Part shown: positions 15,401-27,400 of the stretch, piece by piece
Position numbering within the stretch: position 1 is the first letter of the stretch
Layout: each line of letters opens with the position of its first letter
Assembly (NCBI RefSeq): GCF_964194025.1
Contig: NC_134474.1
Span: 17,670,001-17,734,000, forward strand
DNA: 64,000 nucleotides
Direction: 5' to 3'
Source of the DNA: Convolutriloba macropyga
Lineage: Eukaryota
Program-made: the position numbers and the translations under genes
Notes under the pieces: model-generated
Told to the model about the DNA's origin: nothing
The model's database searches: none
The model's input: the letters and a program-made list of their open reading frames with translations, nothing else

Positions 15401-18400
15401 ACGGGCCATTACATAGAAAATCATTGTAAAATATGACACATGCGTCTGGCAATGCACTCGCTAAGCGGAGGGAACAAATAGAAAAGATCCAGTTCCTCTT
15501 GATCATTTCGGATGACTAGACTCTAAGTATGCGATTCATTGAAACCGTTTGGAAGACATAAAGTCATGGTATGAAGGGCGGATCGTTTCTTTGAGACCCC
15601 CAAATTTAATGACCTCCGCTTACGTCAACAGCAACAACATTCCCACCAATTCAACCCCAGTCCCCACCTCTGCATATCGTTCAACCCGTAACCCAGCGCT
15701 CAAGCCCTCCCCTCCCCCCTCAATGTGTCGCTCACCCACGGGCCTTCAAAAAAAGTACAGCTAGCCTCCCTAATCCGCAGCTAGCTACTGATGAAGCAAG
15801 CTGCTTGACGTTTTTCCGTTATCTTTAGGTTTGCTTTTTTAATGCTATCTTTTATACAACTGAATTTTCATCTGACCATTTTCGGGTGACTTCTTCCTTC
15901 TGAAGCGGGATAAACTGGCAAAGCCCAGGGCATGAACTTGCTAAGCAGCTCTAGGAACTGTACTAGTTAGTCTCTGAGAAAGAAACTCCCAGAAATTAGA
16001 GAGGTTTAAATTCATGGTGTTAAAGGGGCAATTGTTGGATTTTTAGAACCCCATCTTCCACCCCTCGCCTTCAATCAACTGCCCCGCCCCTTCGCCGAAG
16101 GTGTAAATCTGCTGTTTAGAAGTGTATTCTCTTTTGAAGGGCAGTTTGAGGTGGTTTGAACACCTCCCCACTAACCCCCCTCGCTTTTTTCTCGCCCCCA
16201 CCTCTCAACGTTCCCCCACCAGATTAATTCTTTGAAAACATTTACATGTAAATTTTTAAAGACCATTATCATTATTTTTTGATACCATTGTTTTTTTGGC
16301 ATATTTTTTTCTGCAGGTTTTTACTACATGTTATTAAACATTTACAGTAACAGTTTGATATTTTTGAAGCATACTGAAATCATCCTAACTCAAATAAGTA
16401 TACAAATTTATTGCTTTATCTTCTGTTCTTTTTGATACCAATTTTTGTTCCTACAAGTCAATAAAGTCTACCTTGTTTTCAATGGTAGCATGCCGGCTTT
16501 ATTTGTTAATTTTTCATCGTTGAAGGTGAATATTTACATCGAATTCCTATATCAACACAAGCCTTACTTTCATCATTTTACTTTACATTCATCAAAATTC
16601 ATTTCGTAATATTTACAGTAAATACTCGAGCAATTTGATTTAGTATTTGTTCTTTTTTTTAGTATTTTTGAAGCTCTAGTTTTTTCAACTGATAGCTCTA
16701 AATGTATCGAGAAAATTAAAGCTTTGACTACGATGAATTTCTTTTCTTTAATGAACACGTATAATATTATCTGTGTATAGAACAACCAGTTTTTTTTCAA
16801 AATTTCCCATTATATAAGAGAGAATTTGAAAAACAAGCTAGGAGTGATTTTCGCATAAAGGTCCCATCTGTTTTTTCCATACAACTATGTGTTTATATAT
16901 TTGTTTATTTTTTTGTTTAAATAAAGCATTGAACAAATTCTGCCGGCCTATATCTGATGTATAATAAATTTTTGCTTAAGAGTTTATCGAAATTTCTCCA
17001 AATACTACTTAAGGGAAATATTGGGTTTTATTAATTCGCTTATAAACTAATTCGTAACTGTCAAGCGGGAGCAAAAATGTATTGAAATTTCATGTCTGTT
17101 AAAATATCAAGCACCTTGTGTACTTTATGACCCATTCAGGTCTTTTTTCCATAATTGCATAGCATAAACCTCCAATATTTATACCTATTGTGGCGAGTAT
17201 TGCTATTTATTTTATTGCCTCTCCAGTTAATTTTACGAGTTTTGAGGGAATTTTCAAGTAGCTCAAAAAGCAGCAACGGGAAATTGCCTTACCATTTGTA
17301 CGAAAGGGGAGGGTTCTTACCATAGGCTAATACACGGAGTGGTTTTGAGGTTTGCTTCCTGTGCGATTTTTGATTTCGCTTTTAAATTTCACCCTTTTTT
17401 CTAACTTCCTTTTTTGCTTTCCCAGTTTCTCCCTCTGTTTTATCTATTTCTGATTGCTCAATTTATTTGGGCTTAAACAGCCCATTGTAATAGGAAATCC
17501 CTCCGTGTTTGGTCTCCAAATATACATAACGTCTATTAAACATTTTTCGAATTATTTTAATAGTTTCTCAAAAATCCGCCCATCAAAATTACAATTCGCC
17601 TTGCTTAAATATCATCATTCATTTATGCAAACTAAAGCAATAATATAACGCTGAAAGACAGCGCAGCTTTAAGCAAAGAAAAAGTGCGTTTCTTTAACTT
17701 TATCATCAAAATTTCGTCTCTCAAAACTTTTTCTTCTTTTCTTTTTATTTGTCATTTGAGTTATTGATGCTTTCATTTCGAGAATTCCAGCGTTGAATGA
17801 AAGCTTGTTTTTTTTAAGTGGTGACAAAGTGTTATGATATAAAATAGTGGGTGTAAGTTTTACTTGTGGTCTTAAAAATGTGGATTTCGCGTTTTGAATT
17901 TTTGACTTGTGAGAAGAAAAGCGTAGGTCACTTTGTGCTACGATTAAGGCTTTTCAATGATTTTCAAACAATGGCTTTTGTCACGGCATGAAACAAATCC
18001 GCCCTTTGTTCAACACAAAATTATACCTCTTTTGTTCATATTAAATTTTCCTTGATAAAATAAATGGATTTTGCGCATGAGTTTTTCGATTGAGATGCCT
18101 TTTGCAAATGGGGATTTTGCGCTGAAATTTGCAACTGGGTTAAGGAGAGGAAGGGGGTTATTTTAATCACTTAATGGCATATTATTGTTAATGATGCGTT
18201 GCCGTGGGGTATGAAAAATACCCGTCACTTCAAAAAGTGCCTTAATTTAATATACAAACACACTTTTGTATACTTCTTACTATTTCTCCTTTTTAAAGTA
18301 AAAATTGCGTCCCATCCACAACTTCAGGGCAAGCTTTTCCCTGTTCATGTAAGGAAAAATTGGGAAAATTTTCCATCATTATTTACATATGGGCAAATTT

Positions 18401-21400
18401 TGTCTCCTTTTTCTCCGTGTTCCGGGTTTTTTTTTCAATTTTCATAAAATCATTGCTACATTCGCCCCTCCAAAAGTTACGACCCGGTAATAAAATTTTT
18501 TTACTGACGCAAAATTTTTTCATACAGTCGAGTCGCTTTAATTTTATTTCTTACTTCAAATTTATATCCTCCAGTTGCAGTTGAAATCTTCCCTGTTTTG
18601 GATGTAATTTGGTCAAATTTCGTTCATATTTCATCACAATTTAATGATCGCTTTTTAGATGTTTCCTCTTATTGGTTTATGCATGTTAATTTTTACTTGT
18701 TATTAAGCGGCTAAAGCGTGTGTGTATTGTATATTTGATTACTACTATACTAGCAATTTTAAGCGCCCATTTTCCCCCAATACACCAAATTTGTTCATTC
18801 CGTTTTCCATTTTTTCCATGCCTGTTTCACAAAATGGCTTCAAAAGGGCTCAAAATTGGTTTGAAAATTGTGTAGTAAGGCGAAAGCGTTAATCAGCTCG
18901 GCTTGTTTTGAAATGTCACTTTACATGTGCTCAAAGTGGTTTTCTTGATTACGATTTTATTTCCCCTTTCTACCCCCCTCCCCCCATTTTCTCACCTGGG
19001 CACAGTTAAGTTAGACGCGTTATAAATTATTAACCAAATTAACCCCCCTGGAGATATACGCGGTGTGATTTTGCGCCGTTTAAAGCGCGTCTCTATTTTG
19101 TGAGGTTGCACGTTGTGAATAAAAAGAAACAAAGAACTTTTGTCTGATTATTGATATCAATTATACATCAGCTACAATCATTACAAAAAGAACACAACCA
19201 GATAAGAGACAGGAAGCGGTCTTTTCTTATCAGCTTTTATAACCTCAACTCGTGGTAAGTTTTATTATTTGCATTTTCGATTAAATTGAAGAATAGAAGA
19301 ATTTAATTGATATGAAACGACGAAATTCGCCAAAAAACAGTATATGCGCATTCATGTATTTGTAAGCCATGTTTTATGTGATTTTTAATGTTGCATTATT
19401 TGTTTGCTCACAATCCCAAGATTACAAATAAGATGTTTAAAATTCTTTTTAAATTTGGCGAATATGCAGATAGAACGTAGTCTTTATCGTTGACCAAAGA
19501 TAAAGTTAAAGTTTATCATTCCTTTTTTGCTGACTTCACTTGTTGTATTGGACTTTGATAAGCATAAAAGCTATTTTCAGACTTCTTTTTCAATCCACCT
19601 CAATTCAGTTAATTATTTCTTACTATCCTATCCAAATGATTTCAATCATTATTTCATTAGCTTTATTACTTTTTATCTTATTATCGTCTGATTAAGTTTT
19701 CCTTTTGTTTTCTTAATTTTGCCACCAGATGCTTTGCAATTGGCCGATAATTGTGTACTGTGGCTTTCTTTATTTTGATTTTATGACATTTTATTCTTTT
19801 GAAGTTGTTCGGCCATTTTTGTTTCCTTCATTGAATAAAGAGGGAATCAACTTCTCTTAGTTGCTTACCTATTTTGCTAACCATTATAACAACTGACCTC
19901 AATGTCTCTATTGGTTCTCTTTTTCAACGGCTTCTCCAGTTTTTCTGAATTCTCAAAAAAATTTCTGCCGAATTTTATGTTAAATAGTCGGTGAGCTGCC
20001 CTCCAAAATATAGGTCAAGTTTGTCCAATGCACATGATACATTTTTTTTTTGCTCTCGAACGAAGTTGGACGCAATTATTATGAACGTGTCAGTCTTTTT
20101 TCATGCACAATTTTTGCTTGACCCTTATGACTTTTCGAGTCAGTTTTTGCGTGATCTAAATTTCTCTCTCATTCACAAGTGTCAGCAGCTGGACACAAGC
20201 AAGTGGCGGCAGCTCAGTATTAAAAGTCAAATTAAAAGTGCACCAAAAATGGTGTAATTTCTTTTACTTTAAGTTTTATTAGTGGTTATCATGGTATATA
20301 ATAATCTCTAATGACGTCGTTTGAAACCCCTATTGAGAAATTTAGCTGACTAATAAATTCCGGCTACCACTAGTCGTTTGAGAACAATTTTGCCAACGCT
20401 ATTCGCTTATGTTTTGTTTTTCAATTAAGAACGAACTTGTTTTGCAAAGCAATGGTTTCTAATCGAAGACCAAGTTTAAAAACTTCTTTGTTTTATTATC
20501 GCTTGTGTTATTTGTTTTAGATTTTCTTTCCTATGTAACCCTGCAAAATTTGTATGTAACCCGATGCAAATTAGTAAATTTGTATTGTACGCGTATGTTT
20601 ATGTGGATCAGTTTTTTATTGATTGTAACAAAACATGTGATATGGTGCTTTTAAGTGGGAATGTTCAAATAATTGTATTTTGATTGAAAAATGTCTACTG
20701 CCATTTTTTTCTTGATGTTTTTCCTTCCTTTGTTAGACCTCGTTTATTGTGCACATAATTGAGTTTACTGGTCTATTCTGCTAACCATTACATTAAATGG
20801 CTGTAATCTCTCAATTACGGGTCTCTTATAACGTCTTCTCGTCTTTTTTTCTGATCCTTGTGACTTCAATTTTCTGGTGAATTTTACTACTCAAACTGTT
20901 ATAGACTTATAATTAGTTTATTGTCCATGAAAACTATAAAACTATTGAAGCTGTTTTTGGGGGCTTTTTTAACAGAAGCAATGTTTTTGGTCCAAAACCG
21001 ATTTAAAAAACTCTTGTTTATTGTTTCTTGAATTACATAGTTTGGACAGCCTATCTTGTGTAAAACATGTGGAAACACGTTGCGCAGAAATAATTATATT
21101 TTGTACTAACAAATTTAGATGGATCCACATTTTGATAATCTGTAGCGAAGAAAAAAAATGAGATAGATATGAAGCTTTAAAGCGCAAATGTTCAATTAAT
21201 TGTTTTTTGAGTGAAAAATGTCTACTGCATTTTTGTGCTACATTTTTGTTTACTTCTCTCAACCGCGTGTATTCTGTACATTTATAAATATCGGAAAGTA
21301 GACATCATTTATCAATTATATCTTATAATTGACAGCTATTTTTACTACGGGTACAGCTATAAAAAAAACTACTATATGGTGGCCTGTCTTGATAATATAA

Positions 21401-24400
21401 TCGAAAATGTAGCCTTGTAGATGCATTTATTAGCCTTCATTTTACATTTTTTCATTATTTCTACTTTTATGTTTGCAACAAAAATAGATAGCAAAGCAAC
21501 CAACATTTTCGTGAAAACGTTTACTTTTATAGTTTTTAGCCGAATCATTTACATATATAATTTGTTTCGTTCGAGGCATTTGCATATAATAAACAAAATG
21601 TACGTTCCTCAATTTAGCTAATATGCGCTATAATCCTTTTTCCCAGATTTTTGGAAAATTTGGGAATGTTTCATTATATTGACCCAATTATAACGTGTGC
21701 TAGGATGTCAAGGCAGTTTTGTAATGCACGCTTGGTTGAGCGGACACAATTTGGATTTTAGACAGACGGTTTTATCAAGCTGTATCGGAGAGAAACGCAA
21801 TAAATCAATTTGTTTTGTGCCTCCAGTGGCTTTTATTGATTTGGGAGATTAATTTTTGGAAGTACTTGAACTTTTGGCTATCACCTTTATGAGATAAGCC
21901 CTTTTCTTTTACTAGGGCTTTTGCAACCCCTTGATCTAGTCCTTAGTGTACTTTGTAAGGGTATTGTGGTATATTTGATATATTCAAGCTAAATAAGGTT
22001 CATATACAGCTTAATTATCGCTTTGTTAGATTGTTAGTTTGTGATGTATTTAGTTCACTTCTCATTATGTTCTGTTCATTCTTTAGTCTATCTTGAATTT
22101 TTTGAATTTGCGCACGCCTAAATAGCTGACTACCTAAATTAAATTTTTTTACATCACATTGTAAATTTTTTTTGCATCCACACCCAGCCCCCACCCTCGC
22201 GTCCGTGTCAACATAAATGTCTGTTAATACCTACTTCAGTTGGATGTTTTTTGGCAAGATATGAATTTATATGTGGGTTATGGCGTCTATATTTCTAACA
22301 ACGTGAATATTTGCATATGATATTTACCCGGCTAGTGATGCCTATTTTTTCTTTGGTCTATTCTTCATTTGGGCTCGTGGTCTTTAGTGACCTTTATTTT
22401 CAAGTAGAGGTAAGTTCAACATTCGTCTGCCGAAACATGTAAATTCTTGTGAATATGGATTATATGTAAAGTTTTGAATTCTAATTTCCCCGTAACATTT
22501 CAGTGTAGAATATTTGACTGGATGTTAACGGAATTTGCACAAAATATTTGAAATCAAATTTTGCTTTCATAACTTGGAGTGAAAACTGATTGATATTTTT
22601 GGGAAGCCATGTTTAATTATGCCTCAGTAAACTTTTTTGCGAATGGCAATACTGTCGAAAAATAAAACTGGGGTGCAATTTGTATTTCTATTTGCGAGTG
22701 TATTGGTTAGAAATTGTGTTTTTTATTATCTAGTAGTCTATAATTTTGATTCTTCAAGACCGTCAAAAGCAGTCAAAAATTTCTCAATTTTTTATCTTAA
22801 GACTAATATATTGGTTCAATAATTGGAGATAAATTGCCATTTTTTTATCAATTTTCTTCAATTCTATTTGAATCTATTCAGTTTCGGCCCCCAGCTTAGT
22901 CCCGTGCTTTATTTTGTCATTGAGGGACATAAAAAACACGAGGTTGGGAGAAACCGAATAGGTTCTCTCTTCAATTGAAGAAAACTGTTCGAATTTTCAA
23001 TTGATCTGTTATAATTTACATATGTTTATTGTGATGTCAAAAGTATGAAGAAACTTGTAATTGCAGAACAATTGGCCATTTCTGGAAAACAGCGTTTAGA
23101 GAAGTGTGCATAACAGTATTTTTACGCTTACTTTTAACGTTACCGAAGTTTCGGTAATCATTTCTAGCTACGTTTTTGTTTTTGAAGGCAGCATATTTAA
23201 AACGTATATAGCCGTGGTTTTTTCAAATTGCTCTCAAACTGAGTTTGTAGCGATAATATTAGCCTTGCTGTCTTTTTTTAACGATTTGAACAAGAATGTT
23301 GGTGTTTTACAGGTGTGTTTTAGCTGAAGCAAGTTTGAACTTTGACTTTCATGAATTGAACTTTGACATCTGTTTTTGAGAAATGACTTCTGCTTTGGAA
23401 CTTCAACTTCGGTTTAGGAGCATTGGATTTTAACAATAGCTTATTTTATGTATAATTATTAGGGACTGTAGGTGAAAATCAAGGTCAAAAAGTAATTTTG
23501 AGAGGTTTTGAAATTTTTTCTCTATATGCAAACTAAAGAAACCCCCAAAGCTATTCAAACCCTCCCCACACCAAAACCCACTCGCCTCTCTTCTTCCGCA
23601 CTAAGTACCCCCCACCCACCACCACCTACCACTTGGTCCCCACATATCACGCTCTACCCGAACTGCCTACCTCCAAACCTACATAGCGGCAACCCCGCCC
23701 GCCCTACTACTCCAGCTCCCAACAACAGCTCCTCGCCTACACTCTCTCCCAAACTAATTAACTTTGTTTGCATCTTTTCAACACTTTCTATAGGAAATTA
23801 ACTTTTGATTTTTTGGATATTGTTTTTTTCTTGGATAGTTCGGATTAGATTTTCAACGTAGTTAATTGTTTGTATAGCCCAACTCTTCGAGTTTTTTCGC
23901 GTTTTTCTGTCTGTTTTTAATGCAATTTTCTATCGACCAGTTTTTTTTGTCTTACGCTTTTGACTTTCAGTCCTCAAAAAACGAAAAAAAAACAGGTAAA
24001 GCCCGAAGCGCATTAAGTTTTCTTACATTCTCATGGCTCACTGGTCTCTGAGTATCTAATTATGAGAATCACCGACGCAGTGAAACAGACATAAATTCAT
24101 ATGTTAACGGACGTTCTTCGAGTTTGACTGCTTTTTTCCACATGCAAACGTTGAATGATCCTTAGTCGTTTATGTCATCAGGTCACCATCACTCCTTAAC
24201 TTATGTTCTATTTTGAAAAACCTAAACTAAGTTCTAAGAGGTAGATATCAGTAGGTGTTGTGAACTCCAAATTATAAACTTAACGAAGTTTAAAGTTCTT
24301 AACAAAAACTCTTGCGAAAAAAGCTCTTTGTTGAAACTACTGAACGCCCAAAAACTGTTTTGATACTTTTTCTCTTGTGTTGGTGCAACAACTGTGAGGC

Positions 24401-27400
24401 CACTATATTTTTTAAGAACATTGGCATGATTATAAATTGAAAACAATTATCTTTAATTCTGTTTTTCGTTACGAAAAAAAATCAATTAAAACATCTAAAC
24501 GCTGAATTTTTAAGTTGAGTATTTCCTACAAAGTTCAGATAGTTTTGCGAGCGAATGTTCAGAGCTGCTGCATTATAATTTTGAGCTAATTCATTCTTTT
24601 AATTTTTTTTTTGAATTTCAGCAAATAGGTGTTGATGACTGTTTGACATGTTTTTCGAAGTTACCCGACAATTTTGTGTAGATTGAGTACATTCTCAGAG
24701 TTATATTCTTATATTGCCAAGGTTTTGCTTTTTATGGTGATCTTTCACATTTCTGATTGTGAATTTATCCCTTTTTTATACTTATAGGTGTAAGATATAA
24801 AAATGTAATTAAAATGGAGAACATAAAAAATCTCTACTTTTTTGTCTTGAAAAACGTATTTCTATTGGCAAGATTTGCTAAAATTTTCTAAAGTATTTGA
24901 ATTGTTAAAAAAGGTATATATTTTTTACTCTATTGAGACAAACATCGGAATATAAAAACAAAAATATTTTATAAAAACAAAATGTTTGTTAATGGAGAGG
25001 TTTTCTTACCTATAGACTTTGTTTGTTTTTATATGATATAGTTATGATTTATTTTGTTTCTAAAACCTTGTTAAGTTGCAGAGTTGTTAGACCAATATTA
25101 CGCTACAATTACATCCTGTTCAGAGTATAAACAGACAAAAAATAATCATTTTGCTCAGGTTGAGCTCAGAGTCTTAATCTGAATTTTTCCATGAAATGTC
25201 TTTTAGATGCGATGATCAGAACGGTAGCATAGTAAAAAAAAGACTAATGATTCAGTACTGAAATATTAAGAGATTCGGATTCGGGTATAACTGTGGTGCC
25301 GGGCATCAGAAATTGGTGGTGATAATATTGTCACATGTAACATTAGAACCTGAAATAGACATAGACACAGACTACTGTCATGCTATTAGACTAAAGGACA
25401 TTAATTACAATAAACATCAGTGGCGGTGTTCAAGGTTACAGGAGTTAAATGAGTAATTAAAAAGTTTTACGATCTCTTTTACCGAGAACTGACATTCATA
25501 ACAATAACTGATTTTTTTCAACTTTGTGTTACACGTTTAAAACATATTTAAACATTTACACATTTAACACATTTAATAATTAATATTACTATAATTAAAA
25601 ACATTTATTTATTATAAATATTATGTTTAGAAAAACTGTGGTCAAGTCAAGGTGTGCATCTGAACTCCTCCTCAGTTGTACAGTCTTCTTCTTACTCTTC
25701 TTCTTCTTCTTCTTCTGTCTATCGGAAAACTCCCTTTTATCGGTCAGATGAGACGACCTCCTCCACCACTGTCCTCACAAACATCACATGTTTATCAACT
25801 CATCTTACAGCTTTCTCTTTTATTATGGTACGAAGTCAATTCCATTCTTAATCGTCGCTCAATTAGCCGAATAAAAGTTAAAACGAAATGTTGCTGCCCT
25901 TGATGAACGGCAATAATATTTAGAATGTTTTCTGAGCCTTTTTTTAAACAAATTATTAGGGTTTATGTAGCCGGTATTGCATATGGGGTGGAAATGGCCA
26001 TTATAATTAATAGATAACTCCACAATAGCTTTAAATAAATATTAGTTACATGTGTTATATAGGACTATTGCACGGGGGGGGGGGGGGGAGGAGGAGGAGG
26101 AGGAGGGTTCGAGGGACAGCTTGCATTATTGCCGTGCCGCTTGTGAAATCTAAGCAACATTTCTGTCATTTTACTAGATCTGATAAACAACCGCGAGTTT
26201 TATTATCGCTGACTCTTTGAAAGTTATTAAATGCAACGAGAAAGCAACGAAATCATAGCAAGTCAAACTAAAATTTTTTTCAGTTGTGAATTTTGGACTG
26301 CTTCAGTAAAATGCTTCAGTTAACATTTCTGGTCATTTATTGATAGGTGTTTGTTTGTCTCTTTGAGAGTGTGTATTTTGTTTATTTGTTTGTTGCAGAG
26401 TGAGACGGGGCGTCTGTGGGACACGGAAGTGCCCTCTGTGTTGCCCTTTGTGGGTGTGGGATTTGCAATTGTGGGTTACACTCTCACAATCATCACTTAC
26501 TGCCTTTTCAGGTTAGTTACCCTCCTCACTCTAATCCACACCCCTTGTAATATGTCACCCAATGAGCGGGGTCAGCTGGGAAGCCAATAAGGATTAATAA
26601 CTTCCTCTTGCTAGCTCGGAGAGCATTTCAATTCGGAAACGGTGGAGGTCAATCAAGCCCATAGCCAAGCAAGCCGAATTTTGAAAAAAAAGAGAAACTA
26701 TAAAAGCAGAAAATTTTTGATATAGCGCTGTTATAGATTGTCCCTGGCGGTCTAGTGGTTTTGCTTCGCCCCGAAAAAAACGGGCCCGCGGTTTCCGGAT
26801 TACATCCCACAGAGAGTGAGAGTCGTAGCCATTTTTAACTCTGATGTGGTAGGTATTTTATTCGCTTGATCTTAATTACCACACTAGAGCTAAACCTATA
26901 TTATTGTAGCGACCTTAATTGCGTGCTAGAATAAGTCTCACAATATGCTCACAATGTTCTTTGCTAATTTCCAAATCTATGTGTTATTTGCTAGAAAATA
27001 AAATTGGTTAGATACAAAGGTTAATTAGTAAATAGATAAAAATGATAGAGCACAATTGGGGATTAATTCCTACTTGAAAATATGGTGGGGTATCTAATCT
27101 TAATCAAGAAATTGAATCCATCTTACTGCTGGATATGAATAATAATTTAACTCTATTTTTGTTAGAAAATTGGCAGACTTACAATTGCTGCAGATAGTCC
27201 CGCTTAGCGGAGAAAATAGTGGTTTCGCTCTTAGAGCAGAGAGAGGAAGAGAGAGAAGAGAATTTTTTGGTTAGATTTTTAGCGTCTTACTTTCGCGCTG
27301 GTTGAGTTTTGGTCTGATTTCCTTCAGCAGCAAAATCTAGTCTCGTGCGTGTTTATAATTGAGTCAACACGACTAAAAAATCACAAGACCTATGACTAGC

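Noticed and set aside
17200-18900. Hint of 10-bp T-tract periodicity in the host intron
   Set aside because: Too irregular to support by eye; it needs an autocorrelation test.
19840-21300. Diverged direct repeats (~19860/20770 and ~20450/20980)
   Set aside because: Real but ordinary old local duplications or repeat fragments, with no coding or structural signal.
23508-23801. Pro/Thr-rich ORFs here and at 15549-15764
   Set aside because: Products of C-rich low-complexity tracts within repeats; no supporting splice context.
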